Shown one piece after another: positions 39,355 through 48,206 of a stretch of DNA of 64,000 nt. A program made the translations under genes and the position numbers. How positions within the stretch are numbered: the stretch's first letter is position 1; every line of letters begins with the position of its first letter. The notes beneath the pieces were generated by a model, which saw only the letters and a program-made list of their open reading frames with translations, was not told the DNA's origin and made no database searches. Source of the DNA: Bacteroidales bacterium (GTDB lineage: Bacteria; Bacteroidota; Bacteroidia; Bacteroidales; UBA7960); the NCBI GenBank assembly GCA_035477775.1, contig DATIKH010000004.1, positions 1,009 to 65,008 of the forward strand, written 5' to 3'.

Positions 39355-39752
39355 AAGTTTTATTTTTTGAAACGTTATTTTTAAAACTTTTTATCAACCT
39401 GCCAGTCAACCGTTGAATCGAATGTATGTCAAAATTATTTCAAATTTTGGCAATCCATTACCTTTTTTCCGGATTTGGAAAAGATTTAATTTGACAACCT
39501 GTCAAAGGTACGTAATTTTTGAAAAACTTCGAGACATCTGGAAAATAATCACTATGCGCATTCAAATGCATTTGAAAAATAGCCCGATTCCAAAACCATT
39601 GAAGGCTTAGTATTATTCGTCGGGAACAACCTCCATGGACTCAATCAGGAACTGGATATATAATTTAAAAAATGGTATATTTGGTTGATAAAAATGAGGA
39701 TTGCAGTCTTCGTGTGGATTTCCCTATAAAATCAATTTCAAAAAAAAAGATT

Positions 39753-40571
39753 ATGAAAATCACTCCTGGTAAAAAAGTGTTGATTACCGGCGGGGCGTCG
39801 GGAATTGGAAAAATTATGGGCAGGCTGGCGCTAAAAAGAGGCGCTCAATTGATAATCTGGGACATTGATCAGGAAAAACTAAACGAAACGCTGACTGAAT
39901 TCGGGCAGTTGGGAACCGTAAAAGGATTTCGGGTAGATGTTTCTGATGCCGGCCAGATCAAGGCTGCAGCACAGCAAGTGCTGGAATCGGTTGGTGTTAT
40001 AGATTTATTGATCAACAATGCCGGTATTGTGGTGGGGAAATATTTCGCTGAGCATACCCCTGCCGACATTGAGCGCAGCATGAGCATTAACGCCAATGCC
40101 CCAATGTACATCACCCTGGAGTTCTTGCCACACATGATAAGGCAAAATTCAGGACATATCTGCAATATTACTTCCTCGGCCGGATTGATATCGAACCCAA
40201 AGATGTCGGTTTACGCAGCAAGCAAATGGGCAGCAACGGGCTGGTCGGACAGCCTCCGGCTCGAAATGAAACAACTTTCGTACAATATCGGTGTAACCAC
40301 CGTAACACCCTATTACATCAGCACCGGCATGTTCCACGGAGTAAGGTCGGTTGTCCCCATCCTGAAACCTGAAACAGTAGCCAGGAAGATTATCCGGGGT
40401 ATCGAACGCAACCACCTTTTTGTAAGCCTACCCTGGAGCATGCGCTTTGTCAGGTTCGGACAGGGTGTGTTGCCAATCCGGTTTTTCGATTGGTTTATTG
40501 GAGGAGTAATGGGCATATACCGCACCATGGAGCATTTTAAAGGACATCCGCAAAAAAACCAGGCATTATGA
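39753..40571 (+). CDS. Short-chain dehydrogenase/reductase (SDR)
   Basis: ORF 39672..40571 with an ATG at 39753. It carries TGGASGIGK, NNAG and the catalytic YAASK. The stop overlaps the AOR start (ATGA at 40568-40571). Confidence 0.88.
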   Translation: MKITPGKKVLITGGASGIGKIMGRLALKRGAQLIIWDIDQEKLNETLTEFGQLGTVKGFRVDVSDAGQIKAAAQQVLESVGVIDLLINNAGIVVGKYFAEHTPADIERSMSINANAPMYITLEFLPHMIRQNSGHICNITSSAGLISNPKMSVYAASKWAATGWSDSLRLEMKQLSYNIGVTTVTPYYISTGMFHGVRSVVPILKPETVARKIIRGIERNHLFVSLPWSMRFVRFGQGVLPIRFFDWFIGGVMGIYRTMEHFKGHPQKNQAL

Positions 40572-42427
40572 AAACCATTACCGGAGCAAGTAATCGGGTG
40601 CTTGAAGTGAACCTCAGCACCGGCAAAACTAATGTTCTGCCAATTTCGGAAGAACTTCATAAAACCTACATAGGCAGCAAGGGATTGGGATTGAAGCTGC
40701 TCTACGACAGGTTGAAACCGGGAATTGACCCGCTTTCGGAAGACAACCTGATAGCTTTTATGCCGGGAGTCTATATGGGCTCTGGAGCGCCCTGTTCAGG
40801 ACGCTGGTCGGCGCTTACCAAATCGCCTCTCACGGGTATTATGTTTTCTACTTCGTGCGGAGGGCCTTTTGGCATGAGCCTGAGGACTTCGGGTTGGGAT
40901 GGCTTGCTGGTTACCGGCAAGGCAGAGGGGCCTGCCTGGCTTTATATTGATTCGCAGGGCGCCGAATTGCGCGACGCTTCGCACCTGAAAGGCAAGACCA
41001 CCTTCGAGACCCACGAGGAATTGGCCAAGGAGGGCGGCGCCCTGGTCATCGGGCCTGCCGGCGAAAACCTGGTGCGGTTTGCCAATGCCCTTTCCGGACA
41101 CCGCTTCCTGGGTAGGGGAGGCATAGGTGCTGTTCTGGGTTCAAAAAATCTGAAAGGCATCGTTGCCAAAGGCGGAGAATTTAAAATTGAACCTGCCAAC
41201 AAGGTGGTGTTTGAGAAGTTGCGAAAGCTGGCTGCACGACAAATAAATGCCAATAAAACCACCTCGGTGTCGTACCGTCAGTTTGGCACGCGGGCCAATG
41301 TGATGCCCTGCAACGAATCCAACATCCTGCCGGTCAACAATTTTTCAGACGGGTCGCACGTGCAGGCCTTTGACCTCTCGGGCGAAAACTACCGTGCACG
41401 GTTCAACCCAAAATATCATACCTGCAAACCATGCAGCATTCTGTGCGGACAGAAGGCTGACTTCGACGACGCGCCCATGGCGGTGCCTGAATACGAAACA
41501 GTGGGCCTTATCGGGTCGAACCTGGGAATTTTCGATCCGGTTGCCGTGGCAAAACTGGGCCACCTGTGCGGCGAATTGGGTATGGACACCATCTCGGCCG
41601 GCGGAACCATCGGATGGGCCATTGAAGCGACCCAAAAAGGCCTCATTGACAGCCGGCTTGCCTTTGGTAACCATGAAGCAGTGGAGCAAATGATAACCGA
41701 CATCGCTAACGGTAAAGGCCTAGGAAAAGATTTGGCTTTGGGTGCCCGTGCGGCTGCAGTAAAATACGGTGGGGCAGAATTTGCCATCCAGACCAAAGGC
41801 ATGGAACTGCCGGCATACGACCCTCGCGGTTCGTACGGACAAGCCCTGTCGTATTCGGTGGCCAATCGCGGCGGATGCCACCTGAGCGCTTATCTCATTG
41901 CACAGGAAGTGCTGTTTAAGCTGTTGAACCCGCTCTCGGCTATAGGTAAGGCAGCCTATGTAAAATTTCTGCAAAACGTAAAAGAAATCCTGGACTCTTT
42001 GCACACCTGCACCTTTACACAGTTTGCGTACCTGCTCGAACCGCCATTGGTAAAATACACCCCGAAGCCCGTGTTGGCGCTGCTCATGCAGTACCTCCAT
42101 CCGGTAGCCATCAAGCTGATTGATTTCAGTTTATACACCAGGACATGGAGCGCAATCACGGGCATAAAAATCACCAACGGTGAAATGCTCAAAGCCGGTG
42201 AACGTATTTATGTGCTTGAGCGATATATGAACACCCGCGAAGGCATATCGGCCAAAGATGATACCCTGCCCGAGAAGCTGCTCAAAGATTTCCGCAAAAG
42301 CGACACCAGAAAAAGACCCATCCCGCTGGGGCGCATGGTGCGCAAGTTTTACTCCCTGAGGGGGTTCGACAAAAATGGGATACCGACCAGGAAAACCCTC
42401 TACAACCTCGGCATACAAACTGGGTAA
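40568..42427 (+). CDS. Aldehyde:ferredoxin oxidoreductase (AOR) family tungsto-/molybdopterin enzyme
   Basis: 619 aa with an AOR N-terminal domain (LEVNLSTGK...YIGSKGLG), [4Fe-4S] ligands C-x2-C-x3-C (CKPCSILC) plus a distal Cys (RGGCHLS), and pterin-binding segments. Confidence 0.88.
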   Translation: MKTITGASNRVLEVNLSTGKTNVLPISEELHKTYIGSKGLGLKLLYDRLKPGIDPLSEDNLIAFMPGVYMGSGAPCSGRWSALTKSPLTGIMFSTSCGGPFGMSLRTSGWDGLLVTGKAEGPAWLYIDSQGAELRDASHLKGKTTFETHEELAKEGGALVIGPAGENLVRFANALSGHRFLGRGGIGAVLGSKNLKGIVAKGGEFKIEPANKVVFEKLRKLAARQINANKTTSVSYRQFGTRANVMPCNESNILPVNNFSDGSHVQAFDLSGENYRARFNPKYHTCKPCSILCGQKADFDDAPMAVPEYETVGLIGSNLGIFDPVAVAKLGHLCGELGMDTISAGGTIGWAIEATQKGLIDSRLAFGNHEAVEQMITDIANGKGLGKDLALGARAAAVKYGGAEFAIQTKGMELPAYDPRGSYGQALSYSVANRGGCHLSAYLIAQEVLFKLLNPLSAIGKAAYVKFLQNVKEILDSLHTCTFTQFAYLLEPPLVKYTPKPVLALLMQYLHPVAIKLIDFSLYTRTWSAITGIKITNGEMLKAGERIYVLERYMNTREGISAKDDTLPEKLLKDFRKSDTRKRPIPLGRMVRKFYSLRGFDKNGIPTRKTLYNLGIQTG

Positions 42428-42516
42428 GAGCATTATTTTGCCAAGGCTGCGACCAGAATGATAACTTTACAAATTTATTCTAATTGAGCCTGTCGAAGTT
42501 AAAACAGACCAAAATA

Positions 42517-44055
42517 ATGTTCGAACAAACTTTTAAAAATATTGACGATATACTTCACAAAGACGCGGGTTGCGGCAGTGAATTGGACTATGTGGAGCAA
42601 ACCTCTTGGATTTTGTTCCTCAAATACTTGGACGATTTGGAGCGTGACCGTGCCACGGCAGCCGAATTGACAGGGAAAACCTACACGCCGATTATTGACA
42701 TTGATTACCGTTGGACAAAATGGGCTGCACCAAAGATACGACGAACTCAGCCTTCGAAAAACGGAAAGGCCACTGAGCGTGTCGAAGTGGACCATAATGC
42801 ACTTACAGGCGATGACCTTACCGACTTTGTAAACAACAAACTGTTTCCTTACCTCAAAAAGTTTAAGACGAGGGCCGAGAGTGCGGACACCATTGAATAC
42901 AAGATTGGCGAGATTTTCAGCGAACTGAAAAACCGCATACAAAGCGGTTACAATTTGCGTGAAGTGATTAACCGCATTGATGAGTTGCGTTTCCGAACCC
43001 ATGCGGAAAAGCACGAAATGAGCCACCTGTATGAAGACAAAATCAAGAATATGGGCAATGCAGGGCGAAACGGTGGCGAATATTACACACCCCGACCGCT
43101 CATTACCACCATTGTAAAAGTGGTTGCCCCAAAAATTGGCGACAAAATTTATGACGGTGCATGCGGTTCGGCAGGTTTCCTTTGCGAAGCGTTCGACTAC
43201 CTGAAAAACCGCCCTTCGGCAGGCTCAGGGAGCGGTTTATCTACCAAAGAAACCGAGATACTGCAAAAACGCACATTTTACGGCAAAGAGAAAAAATCGC
43301 TGGCTTACATTATCGGCATTATGAATATGATTTTGCATGGTGTGGAAGCACCAAACATCATACATACCAACACGCTTGCCGAAAACCTTGCCGACATACA
43401 GGAAAAAGACCGTTACGATGTGGTGCTTGCCAATCCGCCATTTGGTGGAAAGGAACGTGCCGAAGTGCAACAAAACTTCCCCATAAAAACCGGCGAAACC
43501 GCTTCGCTCTTTTTGCAGCACTTTATTAAAATACTGAAAGCGGGTGGCAAAGCAGGTGTGGTAATTAAAAACACCTTTTTGAGCAATACCGACAATGCAA
43601 CGGTTGCTATTCGTAAAACTTTACTGGAAAGTTGCAATCTGCACACCGTGTTGGATTTGCCCGGTGGCACTTTTACCGGCGCTGGTGTAAAAACCGTGGT
43701 GCTGTTTTTTGAAAAAGGCAAGCCCACGCAAAAGGTTTGGTTTTACCAGTTGAACCTAGACCGCAATTTGGGCAAAATCAATCCACTCAACGAAAACGAT
43801 TTGGCTGATTTTCTATCACTTTACGCTTCGAGAGCCTCAGGGTCCGAAGGTCCCGAAACCGAAAACTCTTGGAATGTGGACGTACGGCCCCTGAGCCTGC
43901 CGAAGGGGACCGAAGCCACCTACGACCTGAGCGTAAAGAACCCGAACAAAAAAGAAGAGGTTCGGCTACGCTCACCACACGAGATATTGGAAGAAATGAA
44001 AGCATTGGATGAAGAAAGTGCAGAAATCCTTAACTCAATTTTAGAACTGATATGA
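42517..44055 (+). CDS. hsdM: Type I restriction-modification system, DNA methyltransferase subunit
   Basis: ORF 42484..44055 with an ATG at 42517. It has the HsdM N-domain, SAM motif I DGACGSAGFL and catalytic motif IV NPPFGG. It overlaps hsdS by 4 nt. Confidence 0.93.
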   Translation: MFEQTFKNIDDILHKDAGCGSELDYVEQTSWILFLKYLDDLERDRATAAELTGKTYTPIIDIDYRWTKWAAPKIRRTQPSKNGKATERVEVDHNALTGDDLTDFVNNKLFPYLKKFKTRAESADTIEYKIGEIFSELKNRIQSGYNLREVINRIDELRFRTHAEKHEMSHLYEDKIKNMGNAGRNGGEYYTPRPLITTIVKVVAPKIGDKIYDGACGSAGFLCEAFDYLKNRPSAGSGSGLSTKETEILQKRTFYGKEKKSLAYIIGIMNMILHGVEAPNIIHTNTLAENLADIQEKDRYDVVLANPPFGGKERAEVQQNFPIKTGETASLFLQHFIKILKAGGKAGVVIKNTFLSNTDNATVAIRKTLLESCNLHTVLDLPGGTFTGAGVKTVVLFFEKGKPTQKVWFYQLNLDRNLGKINPLNENDLADFLSLYASRASGSEGPETENSWNVDVRPLSLPKGTEATYDLSVKNPNKKEEVRLRSPHEILEEMKALDEESAEILNSILELI

Positions 44056-45260
44056 AAAATTGGGTAGTAAAAAAATTAGGTGAAGTTTATGATGTCAGAG
44101 ATGGCACTCACGATTCTCCGAGATACGTAAATGAGGGATATGCTCTAATTACCTCAAAAAATTTGAAGAATGATAGTTTGAACTATGATAATGTAAACTA
44201 CATAACCGAACAAGATTACATTAATATCAATAAGAGAAGTAAAGTTGATGTAGGTGATGTATTGTTTGCAATGATTGGAACAATTGGAAATCCTATTGTG
44301 ATAAAAGATGAACCAGATTTTGCAATAAAGAATGTGGCACTTTTAAAAGTGCCTGAAAATCAAAACAGCTATTTCTTAAAGTATTATTTGGATTCAAGCC
44401 TTGTAATAGACAAAATGTCAAGAGATGCTAAGGGAGCTACACAAAAATTTGTTGGCTTGGGCTATCTTAGAAATTTTGAAATCCCCCTTCCCCCACTCCC
44501 CGAGCAACAACGCATTGTTTCCATATTAGATGCAGCCTTTGCGTTGATTTCGAGAGCCTCAATCAACGCTGAAAGGTGCCTGAGCCTGTCGAAGGCACTT
44601 TTTGAAAGCTATTTGCAGCTTGCCCTGAGCCCGGTCGAAGGGGGGGTGTTTGGTGGTTCGACAGGCTCACCAACCAAACGGGATGGGTGGGAAGAGAAGA
44701 CAATCGGAGAAATCGGAAGTCCCAAAATGTGCAAGCGAATTTTTAAAGAGCAAACCACAGCAGTAGGTGAAATTCCATTTTATAAAATCGGCACTTTCGA
44801 GAAGGAGCCAGATGCTTACATTTCAAAAGAAATTTATGATGAATTCCGTGCAAAATATTCATTTCCTAAAAAAGGTGATGTTTTGATTTCTGCATCAGGA
44901 ACAATCGGGAGACGGGTAAGATATGATGGTGAGCCAGCATATTTCCAAGACTCAAATATTGTGTGGATTGAAAATGATGAGAAACAAGTTTCAAATGATT
45001 TTCTCTATGAATTTTATGGTACTTGCAATTGGGGTTCAACAAAAGGTGCAACGATTTCAAGACTGTATAATGACAATTTAAAAAGCATTAAAATCAGTTT
45101 CCCAAAATCTAAAGAAGCCCAACAAATTATCGTCCGCCAATTAAATGCCCTGCGAGCCGAAACGCAAAAGCTGGAAGCCATTTATCAGCAAAAACTTTTA
45201 AATTTGGAAGAGCTGAAAAAGAGCATATTGCAAAAGGCGTTTAGGGGAGAATTGAATTAA
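44052..45260 (+). CDS. hsdS: Type I restriction-modification system, specificity subunit
   Basis: 402 aa with two target-recognition domains separated by conserved helices (LPPLPEQQRIVSILD... and ...EAQQIIVRQLNAL...LKKSILQKAFRGEL). Confidence 0.92.
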   Translation: MKNWVVKKLGEVYDVRDGTHDSPRYVNEGYALITSKNLKNDSLNYDNVNYITEQDYININKRSKVDVGDVLFAMIGTIGNPIVIKDEPDFAIKNVALLKVPENQNSYFLKYYLDSSLVIDKMSRDAKGATQKFVGLGYLRNFEIPLPPLPEQQRIVSILDAAFALISRASINAERCLSLSKALFESYLQLALSPVEGGVFGGSTGSPTKRDGWEEKTIGEIGSPKMCKRIFKEQTTAVGEIPFYKIGTFEKEPDAYISKEIYDEFRAKYSFPKKGDVLISASGTIGRRVRYDGEPAYFQDSNIVWIENDEKQVSNDFLYEFYGTCNWGSTKGATISRLYNDNLKSIKISFPKSKEAQQIIVRQLNALRAETQKLEAIYQQKLLNLEELKKSILQKAFRGELN

Positions 45261-45262
45261 TT

Positions 45263-46378
45263 ATGACAAAAAAAGATTTTCATAAGTCAAAATTCGACAA
45301 AGGCACTCAGTCTAAGCTTGAGGTATTCAAGGAGTACTTCAAAGAAAGTTTTCCTGTTTTCCTTCACAGTCCTTACTTCGAAGAGATTTTTATTTACGAT
45401 TTCTTTGCCGGCCAAGGCTTAAATAGCAAAAAAGAGTTTGGTACGGCATTTAATATTCTAAACGAAATTAAGCCTTATTGCAAAGACATAAGAAAAAGCA
45501 CGAAAAAGGTTTATATTATTCTGAATGACAAAGGGGAGTCTGATGTTTTAAAGTCAAATGTGTCAGACTTTTTCAATTCCTGTAAAACAAATTGTCAAGG
45601 AGAGTGTGTGTTTGCATTGAATAATAACCTAATTGTAAAATCTGAAGATTTTGAAACCTATTTCCCAAAGATATACCCTGCTATGCTTGGTAGGAAAAGA
45701 GCAGCAAAACTCTTGTATTTAGATCCTTTCAAATTTGTTATAGATAGCGATTTGTTCAATAAATTGATAAATATTCCTTCGGCAGATTTTATCAGTTTTA
45801 TGCCTTCATTCTTTTTAAGACGTTTCCCCGATGTGTCCGCTTTTAATAAATATATCAATACCAGGGAAATTGATTTTAAAAAATCACGACCTGAACATTG
45901 CCACCGGGTTATTGCCAATTATTTCAATACACTTGTTCCTCCAGATAAGGAATATTATATGGGTTGCTTTTCCATAAGGAAAGATTCTGGATATAATGGT
46001 CTCCTATTTGGGAGTAATCATACTTTGGGTGCTGAAAAATTCCAGAAAGTATGTTGGAAAATTGATGAACTAACAGGCGAAGCCGATTACAATATTGACA
46101 GAGAGTTAACCTATGACAAACAGGGAGTTCTTTTTGAGGAAGCGAGAATTCCTACAAAAATCAAACAATTCAACACTGACTTAGAAAACCAGATTATTCA
46201 GGGCAAAATAAAAACTGATATTGATTCATACAAGTTTGCACTTAAAAATCGCTGTTTAGTTAAACATTCCGCTGATAAGTTAAAAGAGTTAATGAAAGAA
46301 GCGAAAATCGAGGAGTTTAAAATAACTAACAACGATATTCACAAAATTAAAATAGCCACACAAATAAAATTAAAGTAG
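45263..46378 (+). CDS. TcmP-like 'three-Cys-motif partner' protein; methyltransferase-like motifs, function unknown
   Basis: 371 aa, starting 2 nt after the hsdS stop. It contains YDFFAGQG (res 45-52, resembling SAM-MTase motif I DxFxGxG) and YLDPF (res 152-156, resembling motif IV and the Trm1 DPFG). The family name is recalled from NCBI/TIGRFAM naming and was not searched. Confidence 0.7.
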   Translation: MTKKDFHKSKFDKGTQSKLEVFKEYFKESFPVFLHSPYFEEIFIYDFFAGQGLNSKKEFGTAFNILNEIKPYCKDIRKSTKKVYIILNDKGESDVLKSNVSDFFNSCKTNCQGECVFALNNNLIVKSEDFETYFPKIYPAMLGRKRAAKLLYLDPFKFVIDSDLFNKLINIPSADFISFMPSFFLRRFPDVSAFNKYINTREIDFKKSRPEHCHRVIANYFNTLVPPDKEYYMGCFSIRKDSGYNGLLFGSNHTLGAEKFQKVCWKIDELTGEADYNIDRELTYDKQGVLFEEARIPTKIKQFNTDLENQIIQGKIKTDIDSYKFALKNRCLVKHSADKLKELMKEAKIEEFKITNNDIHKIKIATQIKLK

Positions 46379-46380
46379 CT

Positions 46381-47133
46381 ATGGCACACAAGATTGAATG
46401 GACAGAGCAAACATGGAATCCATCGGTTGGTTGTTCAAAAATTAGTTCAGGTTGCCAAAACTGCTATGCAGAATCAATGGCACTTCGTTTACAAGCCATG
46501 AATGTTGATGGGTACGAAAATGGATTTAAGTTTAATATAGTATCTGGCAGATTAAATGAACCTTTTAAGAAGAAAAAACCCAGAGTATTCTTTGTAAACT
46601 CAATGAGTGATATTTTTCATCAAGAGATGCCTGAAGAATACTTAAATAGGATTTTTGAAGTAATAGAAAAAACACCAAAGCACACATTTCAGATTTTAAC
46701 AAAGCGCGCCGATAGGATGTATCAGTACCTTTCAAAGCGAGAAATTCCTAAAAATATTTGGTTAGGAGTAACTGTTGAAAACAGAAAAGAAGGTTTACCA
46801 AGAATTGACAAACTAAGACAATTACTAGCTACAGTGCTATTTCTATCGTTAGAACCCTTACTTGAAGATTTGGGTGAAATTAACTTACATAATATCGACT
46901 GGGTAATTGTTGGAGGTGAAAGCGGAAACAAAGCTCGCCCTATGGACAAAGAATGGGTACTCAGTATCAAAAAGCAATGTGAAAAGCAGAATGTTGCCTT
47001 TTTCTTTAAGCAATGGGGAACTTGGGGTGCAGACAAAGTGAAACGTAATAAAAGACTAAATGGCAAAGAGCTAAATGGCAAAATTTGGCATCAGTTTCCT
47101 GAAGTAATTGAGAAGCAATTTGCTGTCGTTTAA
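46381..47133 (+). CDS. DUF5131 / phage Gp37-Gp68 family protein with an N-terminal three-Cys motif
   Basis: 250 aa, starting 2 nt after the upstream stop. It contains WNPSVGCSKISSGCQNCYA (Cys18-x6-Cys25-x2-Cys28), FVNSMSDIFH, QILTKR, SLEPLLE and DWVIVGGESG. Confidence 0.8.
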   Translation: MAHKIEWTEQTWNPSVGCSKISSGCQNCYAESMALRLQAMNVDGYENGFKFNIVSGRLNEPFKKKKPRVFFVNSMSDIFHQEMPEEYLNRIFEVIEKTPKHTFQILTKRADRMYQYLSKREIPKNIWLGVTVENRKEGLPRIDKLRQLLATVLFLSLEPLLEDLGEINLHNIDWVIVGGESGNKARPMDKEWVLSIKKQCEKQNVAFFFKQWGTWGADKVKRNKRLNGKELNGKIWHQFPEVIEKQFAVV

Positions 47134-47304
47134 TTTTCAGAAAAATAATGAGTAAAACACAAGCAAAATCATTCCGCCATTCGGCAGCTTTTGGCAAACG
47201 CATAGTGTATTACGTTATAGGCTTAATGCTTAAAGATGGTTTGGATGTGTAATTACCAATGTTAGATGATGATGCAATAGATGCCGTTGTAAAAAAACCG
47301 ACAA

Positions 47305-48197
47305 CCACAACGCAACTCCGAAGGAGGTGACAAGGTTATAGAAACAAGAATAATCAACCACAACGCAACCCCGTAGGGATGACAAGAATATTGAAAAAAA
47401 TGACGTACGAATAAAAAACCCCGAAGGGATGATATGATTATAATGATGAACATACCATCAGCCATAAAACCCCGAAGGGGTGAAATAAATTCCACCCCTT
47501 CGGGGTTAGGGGATATGCACCATATTGATTTCTATAATCATAACACCCCTTCGGGGTTAAAATCATAGCATTATGGCAGGCACATTTTCACAAATTTATA
47601 TTCAATACGTTTTTGCCGTAAAAGGTCGTGAAAACCTATTGCTAAAGCCGTGGTGTGATGAGGTGTTTAAATATATGGCAGGCATTATCAAGGGAAAAAA
47701 TCAGAAACCACTTATCGTTAATGGTGTTGCAGACCATGTTCATGTTTTTGTGGGTTTAAAACCTGCAATGAGCATTTCGGATTTAGTTCGGGACATCAAA
47801 AACAATTCTTCCAATTTCATCAACGAACAAAAATTCCTGAAGGGAAAATTCTCGTGGCAAGAAGGATACGGTGCATTTTCCTATGCCCATTCGCAAATTG
47901 AGAATGTGTATCAATACATTGCTAATCAGGAAGAACACCATAAGAAGAAATCATTTAAAGTAGAATACCTTGATTTCCTTCAAAAATTTAACATTGAATA
48001 CAACGAAAAATATTTATTTGAATGGGTGGATTAATAATATCACCCCTTCGGGGTTTAATTGACTTTTGGTTTGCATTGAGCTATAATCTTTACATCCCTT
48101 CGGGATTAAAGAAGATAACCGAACACAAACCCCGTAAGGATGGCATTTTTGCAGAAAACGAAATTATATCATTTTAACAACCCCAAAGGGGTGAAAA
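47305..48197 (+). mobile_element. REP-hairpin array surrounding a Y1 transposase gene (REP/RAYT-type unit)
   Basis: Ten copies of a small hairpin (core AACCCCGAAGGGGTGA or its complement). Copies in one orientation are at 47305-335, 47358-386, 47415-433 and 47466-485. Copies at 47492-510 and 47542-560 are inverted. The transposase gene follows, then inverted copies at 48040-058 and 48091-110, then copies at 48127-143 and 48179-197 in the first orientation. Confidence 0.8.
47573..48034 (+). CDS. IS200/IS605-like Y1 (HUH) transposase, REP-associated (RAYT-like)
   Basis: 153 aa with the HUH motif ADHVHVFVG, the catalytic Tyr context VYQYIANQEEHH and the N-terminal FSQIYIQYVFAVKGRE typical of IS200-like TnpA. 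Confidence 0.85.
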   Translation: MAGTFSQIYIQYVFAVKGRENLLLKPWCDEVFKYMAGIIKGKNQKPLIVNGVADHVHVFVGLKPAMSISDLVRDIKNNSSNFINEQKFLKGKFSWQEGYGAFSYAHSQIENVYQYIANQEEHHKKKSFKVEYLDFLQKFNIEYNEKYLFEWVD

Positions 48198-48206
48198 GAT
48201 TATAAA

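Noticed and set aside
39413-39610. A 65-aa ORF in the divergent chrA/SDR intergenic region.
   Set aside because: It shows no motif or signal and has an AT-rich, promoter-like context. This is most likely non-coding regulatory space.
43166-43181. ggttcggcaggtttcc in hsdM resembles the complement arm of the GC-rich motif.
   Set aside because: It encodes the universally conserved SAM-binding motif I (GSAGFL), so the resemblance is most simply coincidental. It is not counted as a repeat copy.
47148-47252. A 34-codon ORF (MSKTQAKSFRHSAAFGKRIVYYVIGLMLKDGLDV) immediately after the DUF5131 gene.
   Set aside because: It is too short to support without conservation or ribosome-profiling data. It might be a small membrane peptide of the cassette, but I cannot substantiate that.
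47262-47495. Minus-strand 77-aa ORF from the ORF track.
   Set aside because: It is translated straight through the REP hairpins (recurrent SLRGF/PYGV/PSELR peptides) and is a repeat artefact.
47305-48197. Possible CRISPR array, given regularly recurring short GC-core repeats in an accessory region.
   Set aside because: The units are ~16-nt self-complementary hairpins that occur in both orientations with irregular spacing of 20-50 nt. There are no cas genes, and a Y1 transposase sits in the middle. This fits REP/RAYT, not CRISPR.
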